64,000 bases of DNA, from positions 868,001 to 932,000 of the forward strand of contig OZ237754.1 in assembly GCA_965178125.1 (NCBI GenBank). The letters are read 5' to 3'. Origin of the DNA: Bilabrum cf. latius. Its lineage: Eukaryota. Both the position numbers and the translations under genes were made by a program. Positions 1 to 12,100 of this stretch are shown here, one piece after another. Positions within the stretch are counted from its first letter, which is position 1. Each line of letters starts with the position of its first letter. The notes beneath the pieces are model-generated. The model was not told the DNA's origin and searched no databases. It saw only the letters and a list, made by a program, of their open reading frames with translations.

Positions 1-2
1 AG

Positions 3-3000
3 GAGGGCGATCCTTCGCGCGACGCCGAGGCGTGGGAGGACGATGCGCTGGCTGTGCTGGACGCCATGGAGGCCGACGGGGAGCCGGAGTCGAGGGACTG
101 GGACAAGTGGGCTAGGTCTGCGCAGCGGATGGAGCGGCTGCTCGAGTCACTATCACACGCGCGCAACATCCGCGGCGATCAATGCAAGACGTGTGAGTGG
201 CAGCACCGGCATACGGTGGCCAGAGCCCTTCTACTGCGAGGCGATACGGAGCGGTCCGCATTGCTGGTGGCCAAAGATGTGCAGCACACACTTGCGGCTC
301 GCAAGCTGGTCGTTCGATCACTGCTTCGTTTGCTGCGGGACATCGCGCAGGAAGCCTTCGATGCCATGCATCCTGACGCCAGTCCCCTGGTGGAATGCTT
401 GGTGCGTGTTGGTGCAGCGGAGCCGCCACGCCCCACGCCGCCAATGGCGGATGCCCCTGCATCTGGTGGGGACAGATCTTCTGGTGCTCCTGATGGGGAC
501 AGAGCTGCTGGTGCCTCTAGTGGGGACAGCACTGCTGGTGGGGCGGCTGCACCAGGGCCCGCCTCAGGGGCAGGAGCGGACCCAACTCCGCCCTCTGCTT
601 CGACCGACCAATCGACTGCACACATGAAACCGCATGATTTAGCCGTGGAGTAGGCCAAGCAAGTAGCCACCTGTCTCCGGGGCTTGGTGGTTGGGCATGC
701 ACTTGGTGATGTCGGGGCACTGGCTCTTCGAGCTGCCGACGCAATCCTGAAATATGTGCGAGAGTCGGCGAGAGCAAAGCAGCGGCAGGAACTCAAGCTG
801 CTGTTCGACCGTGGACTGGGACGGGAGGATCACGCGGCCATGGGGAAGGGCATCTGCATGTTGGCAACACCTGCCGATCACGCAGTGCTACAAGAGGCAC
901 TCTTGCCTTACCTGCGCCGGGACGTGTATAATAGCCCTGCCATCTCCGCGACCAGACGAGCAGCCATCGACGTGGGCAGGGTGTCATGCGGCCTAGCTGG
1001 CCAGGAGTGGAGGATCGGGGCGCGCCCTAAAGCAGCAGCTGGAAAGGCAGCTGCTCCACAGGCTACGGCTGCCACAATCAGCGGGGCTGACGCCATGACC
1101 TTGCTCGGAGGCGCCATGCTACGCGTAGGACCTTTTCAGGATGCCAGGCCGGCGCTGGAACCAGCTGTTCATCTGCTGTGGGGCAAGGTGCTAGCTGCTT
1201 CTGGAGGCATGGATCAGGCGCTTCTGGATCAGGATTGGGGTGCCATCACGCAGCAGCTGACCCCTAGAGGTATGCTTTCCAGTTGGGACAAGGCAATGGA
1301 GAAAATGGCACGCATGGACTCCGTTGGAACTGACCATCCTGCTGACCTCACACAAGCTGGAGAGTGCAACAGCTAGCTCCTGCCAACCTGTGACGAGCTA
1401 GTGCCACCACTCGACACCAAAGCCAACCAGATGGGACTGCCCAAGCTCTCCTTCAAAGGAATCAGTATAAGGCAGGTGCGCCGAATCGAAAAGGTCATCC
1501 TGAGGCGCGTGAGCACTTCTGTTGGAGAGAGGACTGCTGCCGACGGTGGCGCTGCTACTGGTGGATGCAGTGCTGATGCTAGCAAGAGCAAGCCATCCGG
1601 CGGCACTAGGTCTAAAGCAAAAGCCGATGCCAGCACTTCACGCTGCTCTGCGTGCAGAGAGGAGTGGGGTAACCTTGAGGTGGCCTAGGCGCTGCTGGAC
1701 CTGACGATGGCCGCTAACAGCTTGGACGAGGTGGTCGGGGCTTACGTGAATGCAATGCTGTGGCTGTTACGGGAGCTATGTATCGCGTCTCAGGACGAGA
1801 GCTATGACCCGAGACGTAGGACTGGCTCGAGTGGGAGACCGAGTGGTGACGATGCCCCAGGACCGGTGGGTGCTGCCGGTAGTGCCGAGGGTAGCGCTGC
1901 ATCAGTCAAAGGGGCTCAAGCTCCAGGAAGCGATGGTGAATCTGGAGCAGCAGATGCTTCCGAACTCGCTGCTTCAGAAGGCTCCGATGAGGGCTGGTTC
2001 AACCCGATCGTTGATGCAGTCACGTCAATGTTTGGCGCAGGAGCTGGCACAAAATCGGAGGCTAGCGGGGGCGCTGAATCGGCAGGATTTGATGGTGTTG
2101 GCAGCTCTAGAGCGTAGACCGCCAGCCTTGCGGGTGGCGACAGCAGCCTGGCATTCCGCTTGGCAGCTATCAACTCGCTCCGCTTTGGCGTGATGCACCT
2201 GGCCGATGCAATCTGCGGCACAACAGCGCTCAACAGCCACCCCGGCCTGCAGATGTACGCTACCCGAGCAGCATTTGGCGCCTCAGTCGTAGCTTACCGC
2301 GCCATAGGAGGAGCTGATGGGGAAGAGGTCATCCAGCGACGGCTCAGGCAGCTCGTAGCGGCCGCTCGCCTGTGCCCCGTCTGGCGGATCCCTCCCCAGC
2401 CAGTGCATCGCATGACAGGACTTGGCGTGGCGCTATCTGCTACCATCAAGTCGTGGACTAAGGTGCTTATTGCATCTCCAGAAGAGTCCCTTCCGTGCCG
2501 ATGGGACCTGCCCCACTATCTCGCGTACTAGCTTGCTGTTTCTGGCCATTGGACTGACGAAGATGAGCCCAAGCTGCCGGGAGAAGCCTGGACCGATCAC
2601 ATCGTGCCCAGAGGAGCCAGCCGTCGGTCCGAGGGACGCCCCGACTCGACTCGTGCCATGTACACGCGTCGCCTCATCGCACTAGATGCCATGCTGTCTG
2701 CTCACAAAGACAACTTCGATGCCGTCCATGCCCGATTAGCATCTCCGTTGCTCAAGCCGCCGGCTGGGCTTGGCTACGCTGGGCCTGATGCGACTCCATT
2801 CGGCCGTCTTGCGTCTGAAGACGGGTGGTCATCCGTACGTGGTGCAGAGATCAACAAGACGACCGGCCAGATCACGATCTTTGGCACGCGTGAGGCGGGC
2901 GGCAACGTCGTGTCCACAGCAGACGTAAAGGAGGCCTTGCACATCACCTCAATGTCCGACAGCCCGCTGGTATTCTCACTAGACCAGCCAGGCGCAAGAG

Positions 3001-4964
3001 CGGCAGCACACGACCCGAAAGGCAACGCATGGTCGGACCTGCTGCTGCACCGCCACCCGTTCCACGAAATGTTCTTCATGCCGAGCGAGCTTGGTGGCAC
3101 AGGGATTTTGGATACACTATTCCAGTCGGACTACCTGCTGAAGCAATTCAGCACTGGTGTTGAAGTCAGTGCGCTGCCACCTTTTATGTGCAGACCCATG
3201 ACGTCCCTGCTGGAAGGGCTGCCTGACGATTTGCGCCACACCTTGCGCCCTTGTCACGAGCGAGGGGAGCGCAAGCACCGCACGTCCAGGTTCTGGCTTG
3301 AGCCGGGCAGCATGAATACAAAGGTCGTTGAAACGGAAGATACCGTGCGAATTTACGTGGAGGACGTCCCAATCTTGGTCAAGACACACGCGATGGCTTT
3401 CGGAAAGGACGGCGAGCTGGAGGATGCAGCGGACGGAGACGAGGACCCTGACTCACCAGAGAACACCTTCGCCAGGGATATGACGGCAAGCATGCCCCAG
3501 CTGCAGCAGTACTTCCTTCATCTCCGTCGCCTGCCGGAGGTGTTTAAGCTGTGGCTGCTGGCGAGGCAAATGGTTCGAATTGCTGCACAGTTCGACGGTG
3601 TCACGCCTGCAGAGCTGGACACGGCGGGCATCCGTGCGCGAGTGGAGACCAGCATCAGCGAGACCAACGGCCGGGTACGCTCGCAAGCCAACGAAATGGC
3701 GAGGAAAATTCGCGCTGACCCCCAGCTGCGCAAGTACCCGCGCTCGCAGGACGAGGCTGAGGTTAGCCGGGTGGTCGATGCACACCTGCAGCGGCATGCC
3801 CGCCATCAGTTCGTGCCGCAGAGCGTGCGAGATGAGCTCAAGCAGCAGGTTCGCACACAGCTTGAGGCGGCGGACGCGACAATGCTAGATGAGCTCGCTG
3901 CCGCGGTCGCTGGGATCGGAGGCAATGCTGCCAGTGCCGCTGACAAGGCTCGCGCTCGCCAATTGCTGCTGGACCTGATCACCTCCTGGCAGATTTACGC
4001 AGAGAGCAGGACCATGGCGCTGGCTGACTTCATCTACGATCGAATTAGGCCCAAACAGACCGTCGATGAAGTCGTCGCAGAAAGCACGACGCGCCTTGCC
4101 GGGGAATTGTAGCGCATCGGACAGAAGATAAACGAGTAGCTCGGGGCAGTGGGGGTGACGATATCCTCCAAAGCTGTGAGACAGAGTTCAGCAACCCCCC
4201 CGGTCACTGGTCTGTGGGTCCCTGCTGCAGTGGGCAAGACAGGGTCTGGAGTCGTCATCGGCGGGGTGAGAGGCGTCCCCGCGAGCGGACGAATTGGCTC
4301 CACCGCCGCAGCCGTCGGTGGAGCTACACAGTTCGGTCTCGGTGGCGGAGGCGCCCCTGCACTTAAAACTGCTTGCACCCGCACGCCTGCTAGCGGAGCC
4401 CTACCATCTGTCATGCGATCGGCCTATCGCCAGGTCATTGGTGGCGGCGGGGGAGGAGTTGGAGGTAGTGGCGGTGGTGGCGTTGGAGGTGGTAGTGGTG
4501 GTGGCGGTGGTACCAGGGGCCCCAACATACCGCTCAACTATGACTACTTTAGGCAGGCATACCCTGGATCCAGGGTGCTCTCAACAACCACCGATACTCA
4601 CCATCGCATGACATACGCCTAGGATACCGAGTCACGGTTCGCCAACGCCACTGTCTTCGAGACGCGAGTTGAATCCACTTCTCGGCACAGAGCATCTTAG
4701 ATGCGAGAGGCGACGAGGAGCCTTCGAGAACACATAGAAAATGTCGGATGGGATCGCTTCTAGCAGAATCATGGCGTTACTTTCTCTGCAGAGCAGCAGC
4801 GGGCGATCCAGAAGGGACAAGCGCAGATCACAGACTATACCTGGGACCACAGGCTTGGTGGGCAAAACATGCGGCTGCTCCCTCGAGATCTGCACTAGAG
4901 CAGGTCCCACCAGGGGTGGTGGGGGAAAAGGTGGGGAGTTCTTGGCACCAAGAACAACCCCTGA
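3..4964 (+). CDS. Giant protein (5'-truncated by window, >1,650 aa, TAG=Gln) with DUF1598-like domain, Gly-rich linker and C-terminal WHH/HNH-like nuclease
   Basis: ORFs 54, 684, 1401, 1707, 2160, 2604 and 4149 are all in one frame, separated only by TAG (11 TAGs: 651, 1374, 1686, 2115, 2529, 4110, 4137, 4620, 4698, 4761, 4896). First TAA/TGA is TGA 4962-4964. Motifs LFQSDYLLKQFSTG, RFWLEP, FARDMT..LRRLPEVFKL and WVPAA..GGV look DUF1598-like. C-terminus reads FSAEQQRAIQKGQAQITDYTWDH..MRLLPRDLHQSRSHQGWWGKRWG. Confidence 0.8.
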
Positions 4965-5119
4965 TCCACAGGATGCAGATGTAGACAGCGCACCCCAGGA
5001 CACGCACACCGAGCGACTTGCTGCGTCTGGCCCTCTTGATCTGCGGTTCAGCCACGGGCTCGCGGAGGCAGTCAGAAGAGTGACTAATTTGGGTTGTCAC
5101 CATTACTTGAGCTTGAGAA

Positions 5120-6315
5120 CAGACCTGAGAGGGGGGGGGGGGGACACTGTCCCCCCCCCTTCGGCGATGAGGGGGGGGGGGGACACGTGGAGCGGATTTC
5201 CGGATCCCCTGAGAAGGGGTGTCCCCCCCCCCCCCCCCCTGCCCTCCCAAGCCGGCCAGGCGGCCTCAGCAACGTACAGGCCCTGATGCACCCTCCTTAG
5301 ACCCTATGGCAGCACCTACGTGCATGCCATACCCTATTTAGGCTCGCTTGGATGCCTAGCAGTGCTAACCTAGCACCAACAGAGCCATACCGTGTGAGGC
5401 TTGCAAGTTGCAACCGCTCGTCTTCCGATGGCTGTCCCAGCTCATCGCTGACTACAAGCAGGCAGCGTTTGCTGCGGCTCTTGCTGCTGGTGCTGCTGCT
5501 ATGGATGAGACAGACGAGGCACGTCGAGGTGTAGGGTAAGTATGAGCTGCAAGTCATCACCGAGGTGCAGGTGGGGGCTGCCATCGCCGGTACCGAGTTC
5601 ATCCACGTCGCGAGGCTGTCGTCAGCGGAGGTGGAGCGGGTCTTCTCCGTGGCAAAGGCGGCGGGGGATTTGCGCAGGGTGAGCCTGAGCGTGACACAGC
5701 ACCAGTTTGAGACCAAGTGCCGCGTGGGGCGGCGACTGTGCCTGCGGCTGCTCGCAGTGCTCGGCAAGTACCTTCGGGAAGGAGGAGTACGTGACCCAGA
5801 GGCAACCGTGGCGTAGATTGCTGACGTGCTCGATCAGTGCCTGCCACGCCACGACCTGGCGATGCAAGGCGAAGCCTATGAGGGTGAAGAGATGCTGGAC
5901 GGGATGGAGGAGGGTGACGCAGACGGGGCTGCGGCTGGGGAGGGTGGTGGTGACGGCGAGCTCTGAGCGGTATGGTGGTGAATCGACTGTGCTGGGGCAG
6001 CTGGTTCCTGGAGTTCAACTAACTGAATGATTTTCCATCTTTTCTTTCTTCCATTTCACGGCTAGTAGCCGATGGCCAAGAAATCGAGTAATACAGATTT
6101 ATTGGTTACGTTACGTTTTGCGAACTCTCCGGCATCGGCCTGAAGAGAGTAGAAAATGGCACAATGTTACTCAAAATCATCTGAAAAGCACGAATATGCC
6201 CTTAGATTTTATAATTGATGAGTGGAAGTGCCTTTTCTTGGGGGGGGGGGGACCAGGGGGTCTCAGGGAGGTGTCCCCCCCCCTGTCCCCCCCCCCCCCC
6301 CCCCTCTCAGGTCTG
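5120..6315. mobile_element. Non-autonomous hAT-family DNA transposon (1,196 bp)
   Basis: Terminal inverted repeats CAGACCTGAGA(G)nACA at 5120 and its reverse complement ending at 6315. Exact 8-bp target-site duplication CTTGAGAA at 5112-5119 and 6316-6323. Internal hAT dimerisation motif remnant. Confidence 0.88.
5565..5730 (+). pseudogene. hAT transposase C-terminal dimerisation-domain remnant
   Basis: Translation contains SSAEVERVFS...RRVSLS, matching the hAT dimerisation consensus SS(A)xxER.FS..R..L. No catalytic domain is present. Confidence 0.7.
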
Positions 6316-6563
6316 CTTGAGAATATATCTACACGCGCGTTGCAATTTGCGACCAGCCGTATTGATAGTGCCAGCAAATCCACTAGTCTGTCGCGTTGCT
6401 AGCATCTAAACGTGCCTTGCACCATACCACAAGGAGTCAGCTTCCATCCTCACTGACCCGGCGGCTAGGGCGCCCCTAAACTGCTGCTGCACCACCCAAC
6501 CTACAGACAGCATTTGATGGCGTACATGTCGCGTATCGGTATATCCATACCAAAAAATGAGGT

Positions 6564-7382
6564 TCACGTGCTGCCGCCTCCCCGCTTGCGCTTGCCTCCG
6601 ATCGCCGCCGACTGCCGCGCTCCCGATCCTGCCCCTCCTCCGCTGCTGCTGCTGCTGCTGCTGCTTGCAGCCAATCTTGGCTTGGCCTTGGATCTAGAGG
6701 TGCTTTCTTTCTTTTTGGCACCGGCACCAGCACCGGTGCCCTTGCTGCCTTTTTCCTTCCCTTTGCCCTTGCCCTTGCCCTTTGCCGGTGCCGGCGGCGC
6801 CTCCTGCTCGCTCAGCCCGAGCACCTGCTCGAACTCCCCCTCCCGCAGCGGAACCACCGACAGCCTGGGAAACCGGAACAGCCCGCATTCGGGCATCTGC
6901 TCCCTCAGCTCGTCGATGGTGACCCGGCGCGCCAGGCGGGCCCCGAACCTGAGGTCCACGCAGGCCCACCGGGGCTTCTCCTCCGTACTCTTCGCGTCGT
7001 AGTACGAGTGCTTCGAGTCGAACTGCGTTGGGTCCGGATAGTCCTCTCGCTCCACCGTGCAGCGGCCCACCACGCCCGGTCTTGTTCCCCGGGCAGGGTT
7101 GCTCTCGTAGTAGAGCACTCGCTGGCCCTTGCGCATCTTGCGGAGGTTGTTCTTGGCCTGATGGTTCCGGACGCCGTCCCACTCCGTGATTGTATCTTTT
7201 TCAAAATCAAAAATGGAGTATTCGGCCGGCTCCGCCTTGACGAGCCAATCGGACGCTCCATCGAACGCGCTGACCGGAGCGCCCTTGGTCTTGCTCGGTT
7301 CGTCTTTTGCTTTACCGGCATCTCTAGCACTCTCAGTCTTGCTTGTTCTACGCTTTTTGGATGGGCTAGCGACGGCCGCCAT
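6564..7382 (-). CDS. EVE-domain protein (THYN1/Thy28-like) with basic, NLS-like tails
   Basis: WLVKAEP..WDGVRNHQAKNNLRKMRKG..YYESN..PGVVG..YPDPTQFD..YYDAKS..PRW..VD is the EVE-domain signature. ATG to TGA, 272 aa. Confidence 0.9.
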   Translation of the reverse strand: MAAVASPSKKRRTSKTESARDAGKAKDEPSKTKGAPVSAFDGASDWLVKAEPAEYSIFDFEKDTITEWDGVRNHQAKNNLRKMRKGQRVLYYESNPARGTRPGVVGRCTVEREDYPDPTQFDSKHSYYDAKSTEEKPRWACVDLRFGARLARRVTIDELREQMPECGLFRFPRLSVVPLREGEFEQVLGLSEQEAPPAPAKGKGKGKGKEKGSKGTGAGAGAKKKESTSRSKAKPRLAASSSSSSSSGGGAGSGARQSAAIGGKRKRGGGST

Positions 7383-8275
7383 GAGTCTCAGCTTCTGCGA
7401 TGCGCGTTTTCAGGATTGAGGTGGGGTTCGTCTGATATGAGAAAGCATCGCATGAGTGCAAGAGCGGTATTGTGGGATCTGAGCTGTCCATGCTATTTAT
7501 TTGTATCTACTTTCGAGAATGAAACCGAAATACTTGAACTTGCGGCGAGGTACTAGGTCCACTTACATTTTCAGGGCCGCGGAAACTTCGAAAAACGAGC
7601 AAGCGCTTTAGCTGATTGGCGATCTTAGTACCCAACGTAGTCAGCAGGTCAATAAATAGGAGCGCCCTTTCAGAAGAGATACTTGCAGCTTGGTCGAAGC
7701 CTACTAGTATGGTGAGCAGAAGGCCCTCGGCGCAGTGCAAAATTCCGAATGGATTGTTCGATGCATCACCAAAGGCTTATCACTTGGTTGCTACAGTAAG
7801 CGAAGACTATTATTGACTATATTGTCTCTGGAGAAGACCACCCATGCTGTGACAACATCAACTAGGCCAAACTATCGAAGCAAGATTTGGACCTAGATCG
7901 ATCATTAGTCCCGCGATACTGCCACTGCAGTGAAGACGAGGAGGATGAGAAGCTACTGCGTACTCGTTTTGGTGCGCTAACAAGCGGCAAGGCAATCATG
8001 GTGATTAGCCGTCATAGGTACATAGCATCAGTCCCACGTACTACACGAGGCGGCCAATGGCACAGGCGCACGCAAAGCATGATGGTGACCAACAGGATAG
8101 CGCGACAGGTCAGAGCCTGCTTGGCGGCAGCATGGCAACAAGCCATGGATGTAGACGCGCGTAGGCTGCTAAAGATACTGCGGGTGGGCAAACTCGCAGA
8201 TCCAATGGCACAAGTCAGCAGTATCGAGCCACAGGTGTGCAAACCTGACGCACGCTGCACGATGCTGCTGGCAGC

Positions 8276-8627
8276 GTGGAGATAGCCCGGGCGCTGCTGG
8301 CACCGGGCGAGGACCAACTGGTGAAGAATGCAGACGGGGCGACTGCACTGGAGTGGGCCGGTCGTGCCGGGGTTGGACCTGGCGTGCTTGGGGTGCTGCT
8401 GGAGGATGAGAGGAGGCGCGTGTGGTGTGGTGCTGCTCGGCCTGTTGTCAGAGGAGAGGGAGAGCGCCAGGCTGAAGGAAGCCAAGGCTCGGAATGAGGT
8501 GTCAAGAGTGATTGCCAGGTGCTTGGCACTTCGAGAGAGAGTCGAGCAGTCGAGCATTGCCGCTGAACAAGTCTTGGCACTTCGAGAGAGAGTCGAGCAG
8601 TCGAGCATTGCCGCTGAACAAGTCTAG
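8276..8627 (+). pseudogene. Ankyrin-like/coiled-coil gene fragment with a 51-bp tandem duplication
   Basis: ARALLAPGEDQLVKNADGATALEWA resembles one ankyrin repeat. A frame change follows, then LALRERVEQSSIAAEQV twice (8522-8572, 8573-8623). Confidence 0.35.
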
Positions 8628-9161
8628 CAGGCTAGAGTTCAGGCGCGAGGCTGAGAGTATGGCGGCGTGTCGTGTTGAGGGCTCTTTGGGAGGGAGCTGC
8701 TGCAAGCGGGCTAGCGGAACTTTATGTAGATTTTGGGTAATCCGGCTTGTGTATAGCTTGAAAGAGGGCGCGACAAAGCAGAGTTGCGCATATCGGCCTT
8801 GCGAATGGGTCCAGCTAGTGTTTGCCCTTCTTGAGTCATGGTGCTTGGCCACACAGCTACCCAATCCGTTCATTATTGCAGTAGATCGCCTGGCGTCGAC
8901 CACCACTGGACTCTTTAGCCTGCACAGCCGTGCAAGATGAATCCAGGGGCTAGAGCCAGCACGATAGCGGGAGATAGGCATGAATGCCGAATCCCAATGG
9001 CACATTCAGGAAGTGCAAACAGCCGAACTCAAGCAGCCGTGAATTCGTCTGCCCGCCAGGTCACCTCATCTGCACCTCCTCCTGTAACACATCAAGTCGT
9101 ACACACAAGCACGGCTTATAAACTTACACAATAGTGCTGGCAGCCCCGCCACCACCACACA

Positions 9162-12100
9162 TCACGCGCTGCCTGACGCGGCGTCGCTAGGCACGCTCGC
9201 ATCCTTGTCCTTGCTACGTGCGGCAGGTGCAGCAGCTGAGGTGCCAGCCGCGGCCTTGGCAGCCGGGTTCACTGCCTTGGCTGTAGCGATGGCGCCGGAC
9301 CTCGCACCATTGCTGCCCTTGCTGCCGGCGGACTGGCTCCTAGGCGAGATCGCGGCGACTCCTGCTCCGCGATAGATGGCGTTCTGCGAGCGGAAGTAAC
9401 CGGTTGCAGAGGCGCCTCCTCTGGTGTTGTTCCCTGCGGTGCGGCGCTCTGAAGGGCCGACTGCACTGCTAGGCCTCGTGGCTGCGGTAGCAGCCGAAGA
9501 ACTGGCGGGATTGCTCGTCTCACTGGCAGTTGATGATGCATCAAGGGCTGCTGCATCAGGCGTGAGTTCCGCCGGCCTCCGCAAGTAGATGTACGCGGCC
9601 ATGCCCGCCACTGCCACCGCCAGCGCCACGATCGCAGCCGAGAGCCCTCCCACGATAGCAGTGGATAGCCCATCCTCGTCACCATCGGAGCCGTTGTTGT
9701 TGTTGTTGTTGTTGGTGGTGTCGATCACCCCGGAGGTGGTGCCACCATCAGTTGCAGGAGATGCTGCGGGTGACGCAGCTGCGCTTGCCTGCGGGGTGGC
9801 CGACGGACTGGCTGCGGCGTCAGCACCAGATGCTCCACTGGATCCACCGGAGCTGGTGGTACCTCCAGTATTGCCCGAGCCAGTGGTGGAGCCTCCAGAG
9901 TCGCCGGCAGCTGTGGGAGTCTGCTGCTGCTGCAGGGGCACTAGCGTACCCGTGACGCCTTGCCTGGCCTCTAGGGACACAGTAGTTGGGTCCATGCGGC
10001 GGAGGTAGGTGCCTCGTGTCCGCAGCACGCTCGCAGGGTCCTGCACCTGCCGCTTGAGCTCAGCCGTTACGGTCTCCAGGCGCGCGCCTGCCTCGCTGCT
10101 GGAGTCGGTGTCGGAGCCGAACGTGGCACCGGAAATGGGAAGCAGGGTGAAGTTCAGCCTGGCGTGCTCGCTTCCATCCGCAGCCACGCCCTCCAGCTCG
10201 ATCGTGTCGATCCGCACACGGCGAGCTGACACGAAAAGTGCCCGGCTGAGATCGGACTGCAGGTCGTTGATGAGAGCATCGGTCGCGTCGCCGTCGCCCA
10301 GGCTCAGGCTCAGGGATCCAGCGGGCAGCTGCAGCACGGTGCTTCCATCCACGCGCGCCTCGTCCTCGCACGCGAACGCGTTGCAGGCCCTCTCCTCCGC
10401 TGGCATGGGGCCGGCGATGCTGGCTTGCTGGATGCACACGTCGACAGCCACCGCGGTAGCGTCAGCACGGCTTGTTCCCTGGGCCGAGGCCCAGCTGAGA
10501 CGGGCGCAGCCCACCTCACGCACCTGCCTGCCCCCATCACACTGCGCCGTGCACTGGCCCCACTCGCCCACGGTGTAGTAGTACACGGCATCTGGGTCGC
10601 GAGGAGGTGCCTCGCAGCCAGCACCAAAGTATCCGGGCTTGCAGTGGCACTGGCCCTGCACGCAGAGCCCGCCGTTCAGGCAGGAACGCGTAGAGCACTG
10701 GTCGCAGGTGTTGCAGTCGCGCGTCTGCATTGTCACCGGGCATGCGGAACCTTCTCCGCGCGGCGCCCGCAGCACCTGCCTCTGCCTACGCTGCACGCCG
10801 TCGGAGCAGACCGCGTCGCACTCGGACCAAGGGCCCCACGGGCCTACCTGGCAGTCGGCCATGTCCGAGAGGACCTTGATGGTGGTGTCGGGCACGGCGG
10901 TCTTTACGCCTGACCGCAGCATCAGCGCGGGGATGGCGATGTGCAGGTTCTCGTCACCGTTGGGGTTGTAGTCGGGTACGGGAGGCAGAGTCACCGTGGC
11001 TCTCGTCATGCCAAAGGAGAAGCGCACGAGATCGTCGGCAGCTTGTTCCCCGTACATGATGGCGGGCTGGGCCAGCGAGTTCCAGCCCCTCGATGAGGAC
11101 TCTCTGGCGTTGATGCCCAGCAGCAACATGTTGGGTGTCATGGTCCTCTGGTTCTTGAGCGCGTCCACGTCAGCGATCGTCAGGGTCCCGGCGTTCTTCC
11201 TCGCCTCGATCTCAGCCTCAGACACAATCGTCTCGTTCAGTCCGGCCTCGGCTCTCTGCTTGGCCGCCAGCTCGGCTGGGTCCACGAATAAGTCACAGGA
11301 CAGAGTCAGCTCCAGCTACAGACCACCGCTTCGGATCTGCTCGGCGGTCACAGTGCCGTCGCTGCCGCCGAGCAACGACCCAGATGCCTGCACGGGGAAA
11401 GCGGACAGCGCCTGCACCCGGATGGTCGCCCTGAGCGCTCCCTTGGGAGCAGCGAGCCCCACGAGAATCCTGTCTGCCTCTCTATCGTACCCATCCGTCT
11501 CCCAAATCATCATGCGCTGCTCGCCGGTCTTGTCGGGGCTGTGGGAGGCCCAGTCGGAGCTCGCCGGGCCCACTGGTGGCTCGAACCGAAGCACCGGGTC
11601 ATCGGGGGAACTCCCCGCCTTTGCCACGTGCAGGAGGAGCTCCCGGGCGGAGTCTTCCTCGTCCTGATCGGCAGTCGATGCCGCCACGGTGCACATGGGC
11701 TCTGCGTCGGTCCAGGTTGAGGTCGATGTGAGTTCCCCCAGGGCCTCCAACGTGGTCATGCAGCTCTCCTTGGCCGCTTCCACAACCGCCTCCACTCGAT
11801 CGTTGCAGATGTCATTCGACACGCACTGCAGGTGCTTGCCGTGGCACTGCGTGACCGCGTTCTTCAGCTCCGCGTACTGCGGCCTGGCACCGGTGGTGGC
11901 ACCCGGGTAGGCCTCCTTGGCAGTGTGCAGGCATCCTAGCAGCACGCTGTTGCAGGCGCCCACCCTCCTCTCCGCCTCGATGGAGCACTTCCTTCCTTCG
12001 GGCTCGAAGCTCTGTGCGCGGACGCACACACCCCGTGTGGCTGCGTTGGGCTTCTCGAAGGAGAAGAAGGCGTTCTGTCCCGGTGCCAGCGCGACCTGCT

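Noticed and set aside
6564-7382. EVE protein as a functional partner of the viral TET-like enzyme
   Set aside because: It is an ordinary THYN1-like host gene 38 kb away and outside the element; proximity is most likely chance.
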